Assembly (NCBI GenBank): GCA_026770705.1
Contig: JANJGN010000020.1
Span: forward strand, 76,694,001 to 76,758,000
Length of the DNA: 64,000 nt
Reading direction: 5' to 3'
Source of the DNA: Isurus oxyrinchus
Taxonomy: Eukaryota
Shown here: piece by piece, positions 14,500 to 28,162 of the stretch
Position numbering within the stretch: the stretch's first letter is position 1
How the letters are laid out: every line of letters starts with the position of its first letter
Program-made: the position numbers and the translations under genes
The notes under the pieces: model-generated
The model's database searches: none
What the model was told of the DNA's origin: nothing
The model's input: only the letters and a program-made list of their open reading frames with translations

Positions 14500-15030
14500 T
14501 GGTTCCCTTTATATTACACCAGATCCTGCCTCTATTATTACTCTTTGGGTTCAAGTCACAGTTTTAGTTTTGCTGAAACCTGTGAAATGTATGGATGCAT
14601 AATCTGGTATTTGTATTTTTATTACACTAGGCTCTGACACAATTAACTCTGTGCTAATCAAGCCTCTGTTTCAGGCTGGCCCCCGAATCAGTTATTACTA
14701 CATTAGACCATTTCGCTATTTATATTATATAACGCTCTGTTTCAGTTATTAGTGAACCATACACCGTGTCTGTATATGTTGCACTCGACCACGTCTCTGT
14801 TATTACTATACTAGAACATGTATGTGTTAATATTACCCTGGATCCTGTCTCTGTTGTTACTGCACTGGAACCTGTCTCCATTTATAATGTTTTACATAAT
14901 TGTTTCTGTTAAAATTGCACTGGAAAATATATCTCTTTATATTTTACAGTGGGCCCTTTCTCAGTTATTACTGCCCTATACCATGTGTCTGTTAAGCTAA
15001 CACTTTACCCACGCCAGTAAACATTGAATT
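14500..15030 (-). repeat. Degenerate 27-bp repeat related to the large satellite, inverted orientation
   Basis: Recurring CCCTGTCTCTGTTA/TATTACACTAG, the reverse complement of AGTGTAATAT..ACAGAGACAGGG. Confidence 0.6.
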
Positions 15031-17399
15031 ATATCATGGCAAACGTATTGGAAACTGGTGAGGAAATAGTGAAGTTAGTGCGCAGCACAAAACAATGGAA
15101 ACAGAAACAATTTTTTTAATTGAATTTCATTGAGAGTGGAAAGTGTTACGTTCCATTCCAAGTGAGAGAATTACAGATTTATTATGCACACGTTAGGTAT
15201 AGGTACAGTTGCATTTTCACGGCCTCTTGCACAGATCATCACACACTCCAGTGACGCACAAGTGATCACTTGTCAAAAAACAGAGAGAATGGTGGGTCGA
15301 TGTCCTTTATTCTCCATGTGATTTAATCCACTTTCGAACTGAATTCTGAGCGCAGCTAAACTCACTATGGCATCTAAATAGGCATTTTCCACACAAGAAC
15401 TCGAAAAAGACGTCAGCATCAAGAAACATTAACGATAATAGATGATCTGAAATTGCTGGATGGATGGTTCGAAATAGAGATAGATAGACTGACAGCCAAA
15501 CAGACAGGTACGCAGCTAGATGGGTTGACAGATAGAGACACTGAGATACACAACATCTAGCGTAATATAGACAGTTTAATGCTAAATAATCTTTTCGGTG
15601 GCTCGTATGATACAAACAGGGAGACAGTCTTGTCAGATGTGAAGAGATGTATGCATCAGTGCAATTACTTACTCCAACAGGGCCTAGTGTAAAACACCAA
15701 TTGAGACTAGGTCTTTTGCACTGCGATCTGAGACAGAGTCCTGTGTAATTTAAAGGAAGGCATGACCCAGTCATTACGTATCAGCACCTTTCATGGTCTT
15801 AAATACCTCGATCAAAGCCCCTCTTAACACCGTCTATTCTAAGGAAAACGATTCAAGATCTCCAAAGTCTTGTAACATTCGGATCAATCTCCTCTTCATC
15901 CTCTCTGCGACCTTCAAATGCTTTGTAAAACATAGTTCCCGGAATAACTATGTGCAATACTCATGGAAACACAGTAGGGAGTACTGTTACAAATGCTGTT
16001 TTTAATCTTTCACTAGGCTGAAGTATTTATTTCTCTCTATTCATCCAGGAGATGTGAGCGTCTCTGACACGGCCAACATTTCCCCCCATGCTCCGCTGTC
16101 CTGGAACTGAATATCTGGCTAGACATTTTCAGAGTCGGAGGAGAGTTCAGTGTCAACCACGTCCTGTGGCCTGGAGTCACATTTAGGCCAGACTGGGGAA
16201 GGATGCAGATTTACTTCACCGAATGTTCGGTAGTGAACCAAATGCGTTTACAGCAATGAAAATTGTAACGATCCAGTTCCCTTTGCATTTTTTTTCATTC
16301 ATGTGATTTGTGCGTTTCCAGCTGAATCAACATTCAACAGCCAAACACAATTGCCCTTGAGAAGGTGTTAGTGAGCAAACCTCTTGTACCGCTGCAGTCC
16401 ACGTCCTGTAGGGACACACACAGTGCTTCTCGGAAGGGAGTTGTATGATTTGGACCCAAGAATAGGGAAGAAACAGGGACATTCCAGTTGATGTTTTTCC
16501 TGTGCTTTTGCTGCCCTTGTTGCCAGAGAATTGGGGAATATTCCACCACACTCCTGACATGTGCCTTTTAGTTTGTGGACAGGTACTTGCAGAACTCCCA
16601 GCTTCTGATCGGCTCTTGTCTCAATCGAATTTAAATTCCACCAGCTGCTGTGGTGGGATTTGAATTCATGTCACCAGAAGATGGGCCTGGCCTCTGGGTG
16701 GCTGGGCTAGTGATGAGCACTTGGCACATCATAACATTCAAGGCTATGGGCCAAGTGCTGCTAAATGGGATTAGGTAGGTAGGTCAGGTGTTTCTAAGGT
16801 GCCACTACAGACTCAATGGGCTGACGGGTCTGTTCTGCATTGTGAATCTGAGTTAAAGTCCAGTGTAATGTAACCAGAGATAGGGCCTGGTATAATTTAA
16901 ATGGTAAGCTGCATGAGTACTTTAATAACTGAAACAGGGCCTGGTTTAAAATAATCTTAAACATGGCCCATTACATTAAAAACTGAGACAAGTCCTATGA
17001 AATATAAACATAAACGGTTTAGTGCAGCAATAACTGAGAAAGGGCCTTATGTAACAGAAACAGATATTACATGAGTTCGACTTTCAACAAAGCTTTTGGG
17101 AATTTAAATTTAGTTAATTTTATACACCTGAACTAGTAAAAATACATCCAAAATTAGAAATGGGAAACGTGCATCTCTCAGACTTATTAAAACACGCCTG
17201 ATATATAAATGACCGTTATGGAAATAAATTCCCCCCATTACATGTTTTTTTTTCCTGATGGACTTCCAGATAAACTTTTAATTTCCCTCTAAAACTTCTC
17301 AGTGTGCAGTCATTTTTATTAAATGGCTATGAGAATCAACAACATGAGTACAGTCAGAAAAGCCAGATGGCATCAACCGAGGCACAGGCAAAGATACAG

Positions 17400-19590
17400 G
17401 CAGTCTATTAGCTCTATAAAATTCTCCACATGAGGACATCTACCACAACTGGGAAACACTGAATGCAGACTAGTGGAACACCCGCCTGACATAGTCCTGC
17501 TCAATCGTAATACCTTCCAACCAATATCCCCCTGCCTGATTGACCCACAAGTGATGGCGGGACATTAGTCGGGAAGGAGCGCCCCTGGCGGGTCCTCAAG
17601 ATTGACTCCAGGAGTAATGAATACTTCTGGGAGCAGAGCAGGTGACGGGGGAACATTTCCTTTCTAATTCGAGTTATTTTCCTACTTCAACTAATGAATC
17701 AGCGAGTCTCCATGTTGAAAACAATTCTGGTGAAACACTGAGAGCAGAAAAGGAAATGGAACTTCCATGTCCATCACCAAGAATGGCTCGATACCAATAC
17801 TGACAGAGCTGGCCAAGCCATGAAGGACATATCTATCAGACCGGCACCCCGGAAGGTGTTGAGAGAACACAAGGGGTAAACTTACTTGAGACGGCTCTCA
17901 TTATTCAACCTGGCACAGATAGATCACTCCACGTCAGCATTGGTGGGAGTGTCCACCTCACTTTCCTTTTGGATACAAAGACCCATCTTCAGACTGAGAG
18001 CTCCATCCATCGCACTGTGTGGCATAATCATTGTGCTAAATGCGATATATTTGGAGAATATTTGGGCAATTTAAAACTGTGCATCAGTGAGGCCATTAAC
18101 TTGAGCAACATTCTCATCCCCCCACAATATGCACGTCATGGGATATATAACCCTCACTCTACCATTAGGATGAAGCCAGGGGATCAACAATTGTTCAATG
18201 ATGAATTCAGAGGAGTAGGCCAGATGCAGTAACAAGAACATCTAAAAATGGGGCATCAGCCTGATCAAGCTGTAACATGGTGAAAAATTGCTGAACAAAC
18301 CCAATGCGGCCCATTGACCCTCAATCATTGTACTCTCAGCCAGCAGCAACCTGATGGAAGGTGTCACTGACGGAGCAATCAAACAGCAGCTCATCACCAA
18401 CAAGCTGCTCAACAATGCTCAGTTTGGGTTTCACAAGGGCCTTTCAGTTCCCGACCACATCACGTTGTTGATTTAAACAAAGGCAAACAGCTGAATTCCT
18501 GATATGAGAGTGAATGCCCTTGACATCAAGGTAGCAGTTGACAGATTGTGGCACCAAGGATCATTAGCAACATTGAAGTCAATGGCAATCGGGGGAAAAC
18601 TCATTGGAGTCATACCTAGCACAAATGAAAATGATTGCTGTTGCTGGAGGCCAAAAACCCCACACCAGAGCATCGCTCTAGGAGTTCCTCAGGAAAGTGT
18701 CCTAGGCCCAGCCATCCTCAGTTGCTTCATCAATGACCTTATATCCATAATCATGTCAGAAGTCGTGATGTTCATGAATGTTGGCACAATTTTCAACTTC
18801 ATTCACTATTCCTCAGATACTGAAGCAGTTCATGCCTCCATGCAGAAAAAAGAAACATTTGGACAATATTAAACCTTTGGCTGATGAATGGGAAGTGACA
18901 TAACGTGTTACAAGTGCCAGGCAGTGACGATCTCCAACAAGAGAGAATCTAACCATCTCCCGTTGTCATTCATTGACATTCCCATCGCAGAATCCAACAC
19001 CAGCAACAATGTGGGGTCACAGCAGTAAATTAAGTTAACTGAACCAGCAACATATATGAAGAATCTAGAAAAGGTCATAGGCAGCACGTTGTATGGCGAG
19101 CGACGCAGCTCATGTTTCTCCACAATCTGTCCACAATGTCCATGCAATTTTTAGGAAAGTAATTGAATATCTCAGCTTGCCTGGATCAGGGAAGTTCCAA
19201 CAAAACACTTCCCGAGCAGGCCTGAGGAACCACATTGTCTTCTCCTAATACTATTTCTTACATTCGGAAGAAGGAAGACACCATGTAGGAAAAATCATCA
19301 CGCCTGATTGGCAATCCCATCCGCCGTTTATAAATCCGTTCCCTCCAGCACCACTGCACAAATACAGTAGTGTGCACCATCTACGAAATACACGGTGGCA
19401 ACTCGCCAACTGCCCTATGAAAGCGCCGTGCAAGCCCCTGACTGCTAACACCTAGAGGAACAAGTGTAACAGACCCATGGAAAGACCTATAAATTCCCCT
19501 CAAGGCCACATACCACATTGGCTTGGAAATATATCGTTATTTCTTCACTGTCGCTGGGTCAAAACCCTGAAACCCCTATTTTACAGCAAT
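17400..19590 (+). mobile_element. Decayed non-LTR retrotransposon (CR1/L2-clade LINE) ORF2 and 3' region
   Basis: RT motifs ALDIKVAVDRLWHQG and GVPQESVLGPAILSCFINDL in ORF 18504-18872. The 3' segment (CACTGTCGCTGGGTCAAAA) is shared with copies at 22.9, 46.5 and 50.4 kb. Confidence 0.85.
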
Positions 19591-19769
19591 GAATCATAGG
19601 GTCACAGAAATCTACAATATGGAAGAGAGACATTTATCCCAGCGAACAAGCAGTAAACAGCCTTGTCAACTTTCCAGCTCTTGGTCTGTAACCTTTTAGG
19701 TTGTTTCACTTCAAGTTTTTACAACCCTTTCACATCATGAGTTTTAGATTCCCATCGTCTTTTGGGTGA

Positions 19770-21480
19770 AAACATTTGCCATGACCTATTTACTCTTGGA
19801 TGAAGGAGTCGACAGTACTTTAGCCAGATTTGCTGATGATACCAAGCTGGAAAAGGAACCAGGTTCTGAGGAGGACACTCAGAGGCCACAATGACATATT
19901 GGTAAGCTAAGTGATTGTGCTGAAATTTGGCACATGGAATATAAGGTTGGAAAAATATGAGTTTGCCTAATTTTGCCGGATAAGTCGAAAGGCAACATGT
20001 TATTGACTGTAGAATCCTTCGGTGCAGAGAGATCTGCGCGTGTTTGTACACGGATCACACAAAGCATGCAGGCACAGCAAGGAGTTAGGGAGGCAAAGAG
20101 AATAATCCCTTTTCTGCAGCACTGTGTTACCTCAGCTTCCTTTGTTCAAAAGTAAACAAACCTAACCTATCCTCCCAAATAGCAATCCTCCTGCAGTCGA
20201 GGCAATGTCGTCATAAATCTCCGCTGCAACGTTTCTAGCCCAATCAAATATTTCATATAGTTCCTGGCCCAGGGCTGCACCAAACACTCTAACTCGGGCC
20301 TAACCATTGTTTTACACAGTTCCAGCAGGACGTCTGAACTCGTATATTCTATGCCTCGGAGAATAAAGGCAAGAATCCCATCTGTTTCTTGATCAGTTTA
20401 TCTACCTGTCCAGCCACCATTACGAATATCTACATTCGATAGTCCCATTTTACTTCTCAGTGTCGTATCATTCGTGAATCAGTGGTAGTCACTATCTCAG
20501 AATGCGCTGGATGCCGGGGTGCTGAATACATTTAAGGAGGAAAAAGACAGATTTTTAATTAGTAATGGGTTGAAAGGTTATGGGGAGAGGATGGGAAATT
20601 GGAGTTGAGGCCGAAATGAGATCAGCCATGATCGTAATGAATAGCGGAGCAGGCTCGAGGGGCGGAATTGCCAACTCTTGCTCCTAGTTCTTATGTTTTG
20701 TTTACTGTTTATTACTTTATCTTGTTAGCTTTCCTTAAATGCACTACCTCGCAAACATCTCTAAGCCATTCTTATGTCTATCTGACTGGTCGATTTCCTG
20801 CAGTATACAGCTTTCTGCTCAATTCTTAATCACACAGCCAATTTGTGTATCATCTAAAGCCTTCTTAATCATGCTCTTTTCAGTCATGTGCAAGTAATTG
20901 ATATATGCAAGAAAAGGCAAGTGTCCTATTACTAAGGCCTGGGGGATACCACTCCCATTTACAGAAACACCCCATGTCATTTACCGTTTGCTTCCTGGCA
21001 TTGAACCAATTTTGGATTTACCTCGCCGCTTTGCCTTGAATCACATTGGCTTTTAATTCCGGAACCGCTCTGCCATGTAGAAACTGGTCATTTTAAAATC
21101 CACATAGACTACATCGAATGCACTGTATCCATCGGCACTCCTTATTATCCCTTCAAAACATTTATGCATAATAGTCAGACTCGCCCTTCCTTTAACAAAT
21201 TCTTGCTGTCCAGCTTTGCTTACTCAGTGTCATTCTAAATGTCTCTTAGAATGTTCTCTTTCCAATACTATTCCCTGCTCCAAGATTATATTCACTGTCC
21301 TGTAATTACTCAGTCTTATACCTTTCTGCGTTTTGAACAAGGGCACAACGTTAGCTGCCTTCTCGCCCTGTCTCAGTGCCTGAAATTGCAAAGGATTATA
21401 AAGTGATGGTGATTCCTATGCCGAGGATATAATTCGGGCGAGCCTTGGCATTTATGCATTTTAAAAGGTATTAAACCGCT
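19770..21480. mobile_element. Mosaic of CR1 LINE fragments in both orientations
   Basis: RFADDTKL at ~19826 (+). CR1-type 3' end CTCCTAGTTCTTATGTT at ~20680 (+). Minus-strand RT remnants at 20.1-20.45 and 20.7-21.4 kb. Confidence 0.7.
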
Positions 21481-21709
21481 TGATACTTTCAAAATGGTGG
21501 CAATTCGCCATTTCTAAAGGGGAATTGGGAGTCGGTAGAGATATTTGACTTAACAACTATTCCAAATCAGTCGATAATAAATAAGTAAAACATTAGAGAC
21601 TGTAATGTACTATAAACCATCCATGCCCACCCCTACATTACACTAGGCCCTTTCTCATTTATTGCCGCCTGAGGCAGTACTGGTTTGGTATGATTTAGGC
21701 AAACCAACT

Positions 21710-21745
21710 TACACTGTCACCTGGTGGCCAATCATTGCCATTACT
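21710..21745 (-). promoter_or_regulatory. CTCF-like motif (CCACCAGGTGACAG on the minus strand)
   Basis: + strand CTGTCACCTGGTGG at 21714-21727. Paralogous to the site at 23311. Confidence 0.5.
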
Positions 21746-22899
21746 GCTATCGTGAAAATGTCGACGTTCGTACTGTTGTTGATAGAAACGTATCAACAAA
21801 CAAATTTGCACTTATATTCCACTCAACGCATTTTTAATGAAAGGGAATTAAATGCTGTGAAAATAACTGGTGAAGCTAATCCACCTTTGTGGATGTAACT
21901 TGCAAACATTAGGAATAATGTGTTTTGTATGGACACACTCACAGACACAAATAGACGCAAATACAGATGTTCAGTCTTGGTCACACAACAGGTAGCCACG
22001 GAAAACGTGAATGTAAAGGCCCTCAGGGGAAAAATTCCTTAACATTAAAACACGGTGTACAATAGCCACAGCAGAGATTTCCACTAACCAGTATAAACTG
22101 CAGTGCGCTCTGGCTCACCTTGACTTCAGTCCCTCAATCCAATCCAAATTTCCGAGATTGTCATAAGATTCGACCAGTACTTTCAAGAAAACTGTTACAT
22201 AACACCAGAGCAATGAGAAATTGTACACAGCTCCTGATCGCTGTGACCAAGACTAAAGGTATTTTACAGCAAACAAAAATCCATCTTCCCACCCAGTCAA
22301 ATATATGTTCTTTAATTATTATGAGACATACTTCTCCCTTCATCCATCTGTCCATTTACCTATCACAGAAAAAAATGCTGTACCACAATAACTGACATTG
22401 GCAATAGATTAATATAAACAAAGTGTCCAGTGCTGTCATTACAGAAAAGAGGCCTTATTTAACATAAACAGGACTCCTGCACTCTGAGCAGTTTAGTCCA
22501 TGACTAACTATGGCAGACCCCGTCCAATATAAACAGGGAGATGGCCTCATGCAATTTAAAGGTGGGCATAAAATAGTGCAGAAATAAAGGAGAAAGGGTC
22601 TAGTGTAATATAAATAAGGACATGGATGAGTGCAATATAACCAGACACATGCTTCAGTGCAGCAATAAGTGAAAAAGGGCCTACTGTAAAGGATGGATGG
22701 GCACAGAGTTTATTGCACTAATGTCCGTGACTGGACCCAGTATAATATGGACGGGGACATGGTCAGGTTATGGCCTTGCAAAACCCTTCAGAAACTTGAA
22801 CACTTCTTTCAAAACATCTCTTAACTCTCTCTGCTCTAGGATGCTATTTCTATCGTTTTTGCAAATAACGGAAGCCCCTCACCCCATTCTGATAAATCC

Positions 22900-23195
22900 T
22901 TCGACAGCATCTTCAGAACCCGAGAGCTCTACGACATAGAAGGACAAGGACAGCAGGTGAATGGGAGCACCAAAACCTGCGAGTGCCGCTCCAAGTCACG
23001 CAGAGTATCCTGATTTGGAAATATAGAGTTTTTTCCTTCGTTGTTATTGAGTCAAAACCCCAGAGCTCCCTTCCCGCCAGCAATGTTTTTGGATTTGTGC
23101 CACACACAAGGCGGCTCACCAACACATTCTCCAGGGCAATTAGGTATGGCTAGTAAATGTCGGCCTTGACAGAAATGTCAACATCTGTGAATGAA
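22900..23195 (+). mobile_element. LINE 3' end fragment, same family as 17.4-19.6 kb
   Basis: TTGGAAATATAG...GTCAAAACCC...CTCCAGGGCAATTAGG...AAATGTCGGCCTTG. Confidence 0.65.
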
Positions 23196-23304
23196 GTATA
23201 ACTAGCAATAACTGAGTGAAGGTCTGCTGTGATATAAACATAGACATGCTATGGAGCAGTAATAATTGAGGCAATGTATGTATGTTTTCATGGAAGCAAT
23301 CGCG

Positions 23305-23340
23305 CTAGCACTGCCACCTGGTGGCGAAGCATTGCCATTG
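23305..23340 (-). promoter_or_regulatory. CTCF-like motif (CGCCACCAGGTGGCAGTGC on the minus strand)
   Basis: + strand CTGCCACCTGGTGG at 23311-23324, a near-perfect match to the vertebrate CTCF core. Confidence 0.6.
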
Positions 23341-23594
23341 CTGTTACTGTAAAATGCCTTCATCAGTTATTGTCTCTTATATTAACGCGTCTAAAAACAA
23401 GCTACAATGACATACAAGGTCATTACATTCTACAGGGGGTGGCAAAGGATAAAAATGCAAAGAATTCCGTCTGAGTGAAGCTTTGTTGCGCAAAGAAACA
23501 TTAGCAAAAGGACAATATGGTTCAAATCCTGTTAATTTATATTAATGTACATTTATTGGCGTTAATTGAAGGGAGGAATTTTGATCAGGGAACA

Positions 23595-23596
<2 letters not shown>

Positions 23597-23631
<35 letters not shown>

Positions 23632-23710
23632 GTGTGTGTGTACGTCTGTGTTTGTCTGTCTGTATTTCTGTGTGTCTGCTTGTTTACTTGTGTGCCTGTG
23701 CGTGTTTGTC
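23597..23710. repeat. (TG)n microsatellite with degenerate extension
   Basis: Seen directly in the sequence. Confidence 0.95.
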
Positions 23711-24149
23711 TAATCACATCATTCTTAATGTTTCTATGCGAATTCTGCAAAGGTAAATGATTATGTTTTCCAGTTATGTTTCAATATTATGTTTCAATAT
23801 TATATTCCCTTTGATTAAAAATATAATTTTAGGACCTGTATTATCCTTAATGTGCATTGATTATCCATTTATTTTGTTCTCATATTTAGATCGCATTGTC
23901 CCACCGATCCGTTACCAAGGCAATGTCTGTCTGTCCTCAGAAATCATTTGTAAAGGTGATTAAATCGGAGCATGCATAACGTGTATGAACACATTGTTCT
24001 TTGTGACAGATTGTTAGTTGATCATCAGCGCATCTCACGTGACCTTGTATTGATTTCGGCATGTTGCAGTAAAAGTGAGAATCTCATTATCCGTGACCTG
24101 AGATTAATAAAACATTTCCTTCAGTCAGAAAGAAATCTAATTATATCCA

Positions 24150-24720
24150 ACAACCATTTGCAACTATATAGCCCCTTTAATGTCGTAAATGGCTGCACGT
24201 TGATTCACCAGACCACTAACAGGCCAAATTTGACACCGAGTCACGTAAGGAGACACAAGGGCGGATGACCATACATTCGGACAACGATGTAACTTTTAGG
24301 AGGACAGTAAAGGAGGAGAGAGAGAGAAGGGGTTTATGAGTGAATTCCATGGCTTAGGGCCAAGGCAGTTGGCAACAAGTGATAAAATTCACAGATGCAG
24401 AAGATGTGAGAATTCGAGGAGGGAAGGGGGAGGATTGTGAGGCTGAAGGAGCTGATAGGGATGGGAGTGGTGGTGGTGAGGTCAGGGGAGCGGTGGTGGA
24501 GGCCATGCAGGGATTTTAACAACTGTGATAATTTTATTACTGATGCATTCCTTAACCGAGAGCCGCCGGGAATCGGGAGAATAGGGTTGATGGGCCAACT
24601 GGACATGTGTGCCTTAAGATATGGGCAAGAGCATTTAGCTTGAGCACCTATTTATGGAAGGTGGGCTCTGGGGTGATGGTCAGGAAACCATTGGAATATT
24701 CAGGTCTAGAAGTGACGAAG
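24150..24720 (-). mobile_element. Degenerate L2-like LINE fragment
   Basis: GAATTCCATGGCTTAGGGCCAAGGCAG, GGCCATGCAGGGATTT and TCAGGTCTAGAAGTGACGAAG resemble reverse-strand L2 ORF2 3' sequence. Confidence 0.5.
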
Positions 24721-24759
24721 AGATCGATGGGAGTTTTACTGCCTATGTCATGTAGACCC

Positions 24760-25320
24760 AGAAACAGGGAATAATTAATTGGGTTTCTGCTCCTATGTCT
24801 GCCGGTGTCATATAGGACCAGTAACAAATAATCATTCCTAGGGTTTGTGCTCGCATGACTGCCTGTATCAAATAGGCCCAGCATCTGGAGATAATGCCCA
24901 GGGCTTGCGATTCAATGTGTGTCTGTGTGACTTGTGACCAGCCCCTGGGAATCATTAATATGACGTGTGATTCAAGGGCACTTCGTATCAGATAATCCCT
25001 GCACCTATTAGCAATTCCCAGGTTTTGAACAACTAAACGGACATACATCAGAAAATCCAGGTTCTGGGGACGATTCCCAGCGTTTATGTTCTCTGGTGAG
25101 TCTGTTGGGCCCAGGTGCTTGATACTAACCCCAGGATTTATGCTCCCTGATGCTTCTAATATCCCCCAGTCTCTAGGAATCACATTCAGGATTTGTGCTC
25201 CCTGGAGCGTCAGATGGTTTCTGTCACAATAGCCTCATGATCTGAGAATCTTTCCCAGGATTCATACCCCGGTACTTCAGAGAGGATACAGGTTCTGGGA
25301 AGCAATCTCAAGTTATGAAT
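24760..25320. repeat. Degenerate ~55-60-bp tandem repeat (GGAAT..TTCCCAGGRTTTRTGCTCCC)
   Basis: CCAGG(A/G)TTT(G/A)TGCTC-like cores near 24781, 24841, 24901, 25021, 25131, 25188 and 25256. Confidence 0.55.
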
Positions 25321-27197
25321 TAATTCGAAATGAAAGTCAATATACCCAATTGAGATGAACCTGGACTGTTTGGGCATATTGTTGCTGGGCAGATCTGTGC
25401 ATAAATAGGTTCCTTTGCTAACTGCTGGGTTCTTGTTGCCTTGCTATATTTGATCAGCAGGCAGGAAACTGATTGTTGAAGTTTCTGCACAGCAGCCACA
25501 GATGTTTCCTGTAAATTGAAATGTGAATATTCTCTCCTCCCTGATGGTGGAATGCTGGATTCCTGTCACTGCCTGTTGGGCAGAGATATGGGATGAATGC
25601 GTTGTTCAACAAACTGGGAATAAATTTATCAGCATATAAATCGTTAGGCAAAGTTAATCTAAATTGCATTTCTTATGAGATGATACTAAGGAAACTGCGT
25701 TTTGTGTATGGCAGATGCAGAACAGACTAAATGCGACAACAACAATGCAATGAGTTTGCGATTTTCATTATTTAAGGCCAATTTGATTCTGATAATTGCG
25801 AAGTTCTTTTACAATCCTGTAGAAGGGAATGCCAGCTGAGCTGGTATCACACAGATATAAAGAACACATTAACTACTCTGATACTAATGTTTGATTCATA
25901 TAATAATTTTGTAATTTACCCAATGGTCTGCAGACGGCGGAGTTACAATCCCAATCTGGAGACTGACTGGGAACTCAAATTATTCACTGAAAGTTAGTAT
26001 AATTGTAATGGCAGGCTTTATATTTTCATATGTAACCTGTTGGCACATTTGGTCTTGGCACCTGAAAAGCTGAACACAACTGGCTTGATATCACCATAAA
26101 TTCAATGATTTCTCATCCTTGGTGCAAATTAACAACATCAAAAAAAAAAAATCAAACTCTTGATGCCCCAAACCTCTGAATATAATTTATGGTTTAGTGG
26201 GATCACCCAGATCGATATTGTTTTATCTGCATTGCTAAATATTTCCCAAAGGTTTGTGGGATAAATCTGTCACATCAGTTAGAATGGTAGACATGGTGAT
26301 TTAATTCTTAACTAAACAGGGTTCGGCTGGACTGTGCAGCCTCATCACACACACACATTCCTCGGTGCAAATCTCAACTTCTCCCATTTAGAATCATTCA
26401 CTGTGAAATGAAAGAACAATATTCACACTGGTGACCTGAAATCCAGTGGCAAATTGATTCACGGAGGATTGTTTTAAAGTGAAGCCTCACATTTCACAAT
26501 GGATTATATCTGAAATTAAGTGACATTATTCCGAAACTGTCGATGTCCTGGGACAAATATAATGGCTTTCTCTGGACAAATATCAGTAACATTTGTATCT
26601 TTTATCACACAGATAGGGGAACATGGAAATAAAGAAGACATACAGTAAACAGTGCATTTCACAACCACAGGACAACTTAAAGCGCTTTATAGGCAATGAA
26701 GATTTGTTTGTTTATTTATAAACCTATAATCACCATTTCATTGCAAGGAAAGACGACCGTGAAGTTAAGTATAGGAAGATCCAACAAACTGAGCTGTGAT
26801 AAATCACCAGATAAGCTGATTTTGGGATGTTGGCTGAACAAGAAATATTGGCCCCAGAGGATCTCTCCCTTCATCTTCGGAATAATTCCATGGGTGTGTT
26901 TAGGTCCTTCTGAGAGCAATTGGACACTGAGCACATGTGAGGTGTTTATTGGGAATGTAAAGATTCACACTGAATCAATTTAAACCTGCTTTGGAGAGAG
27001 AGTATCACATCCCAAAGGATAAATAGACAATCAAAAAGATACGTTTGTGGAACACGGAATATTAATGGTTAATAATTGTTTATACAGCTGGACTCAGACA
27101 GGAAAAAGGAGGAGGAGCCAGGCTGTTAACTGGGGTAGGGGAGTGACTCCCATTCTCCAGCTCTGTCTCTCTCTCTCTCTTATTTGACTCTAGCCGG

Positions 27198-27203
27198 TAT
27201 AAA
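27198..27203 (+). promoter_or_regulatory. TATA box of the VH promoter
   Basis: TATAAATA about 100 bp upstream of the leader ATG at 27297. No octamer adjacent. Confidence 0.65.
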
Positions 27204-27296
27204 TAGCGGGACGGTTCAGCACCAGGTTCACAATCCGTAGGTGTCGCTGCGACGGAGAGTCACGCTCCCAAGTCAGTTATACCCAGAGACTGCAGG

Positions 27297-27342
27297 ATGG
27301 GATTTGCGCTGTGCCTTTGCTTCTTCTTGGCTTACTTCACCT
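27297..27342 (+). CDS. VH leader exon (MGFALCLCFFLAYFT)
   Basis: ATG at 27297, hydrophobic signal peptide, GTGAGT donor at 27343 in phase 1. Confidence 0.9.
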
Positions 27343-27469
27343 GTGAGTATCCCTGACTGTATAAGTGATACAACAGAAGTCTGCTTCTTTTCTGATATCG
27401 CGTTGTTATTTCCATTCACTGATTTGATTGTTTTTTAATGTAATTACAATTTTTTCCATTCGCTAACAG

Positions 27470-27772
27470 ATGTCCAATCCGCCATCGTGCTGACCCAGCC
27501 GGGTTCAGAGACCCCTAAGCCCGGACAATCTCGCAAACTGTCCTGTTCGGTGGAGCGGGTTCAGTCTGGACAGCTACTATGTGCATTGGGTTAAACAAGT
27601 TCCTGGGAAAGGGCTGGAGTGGCTCCTTGCTTTCTACAAACCCTCGTCAACCACGTATTACGCGCCTGGGGTCGCAGGTCGAATCATCCCATCAAGAACT
27701 TCGTCCACAACTTACATTGAGATCAAAAATCTGAGACCCGAAGACACCGCGAGATATTACTGTGCAAGAGAC
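27470..27772 (+). pseudogene. IGHV: IGHV exon, IgW-like sequence, with a +1 frameshift at ~27553
   Basis: Acceptor ACAG at 27466-27469. Corrected translation VQSAIVLTQPGSETPKPGQSRKLSCSV/SGFSLDSYYVHWVKQVPGKGLEWLLAFYKPSSTTYYAPGVAGRIIPSRTSSTTYIEIKNLRPEDTARYYCARD. Confidence 0.93.
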
Positions 27773-27811
27773 CACAGCGACCTGAACAAGCCCAGAGCTC
27801 CGACAGAAACC
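27773..27811 (+). other. V 3' recombination signal sequence, 23-bp spacer
   Basis: CACAGCG (27773-79) + 23 nt + ACAGAAACC (27803-11). Confidence 0.92.
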
Positions 27812-28162
27812 ACAGAGGAATAATTACAGCGAATCATAGGTCAGTATTAGCTCAAAATAGGTTAAGAGATGTGTTTGAACCTCGATTGAAAAGTTATGTT
27901 TTCCAAAGCAATAAAGTGGCGAAGAATAAAAAAAAAATGTTGACTAACTCTTTATATTGAAGAGCATAGTTACCGCTTAGAATGTGCACAACTGATGACT
28001 AGGAGCCAAATGGAAATATTGACAAATTATTACGTGAATAGGGATAATTTTAGCCCAAGGTTCTGCTCCTGATTAAAACTCTTGGATGAACTGTAATCAA
28101 AATCTGCAAATCTGCTGATTGAAAGGTTTTATTTCTTATAGCAACAATCAGCGAGTGAGAGC

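Noticed and set aside
17575-17597. GAGCGCCCCTGGCGG, a CTCF-like motif
   Set aside because: One base short of the core spacing and embedded in a LINE remnant.
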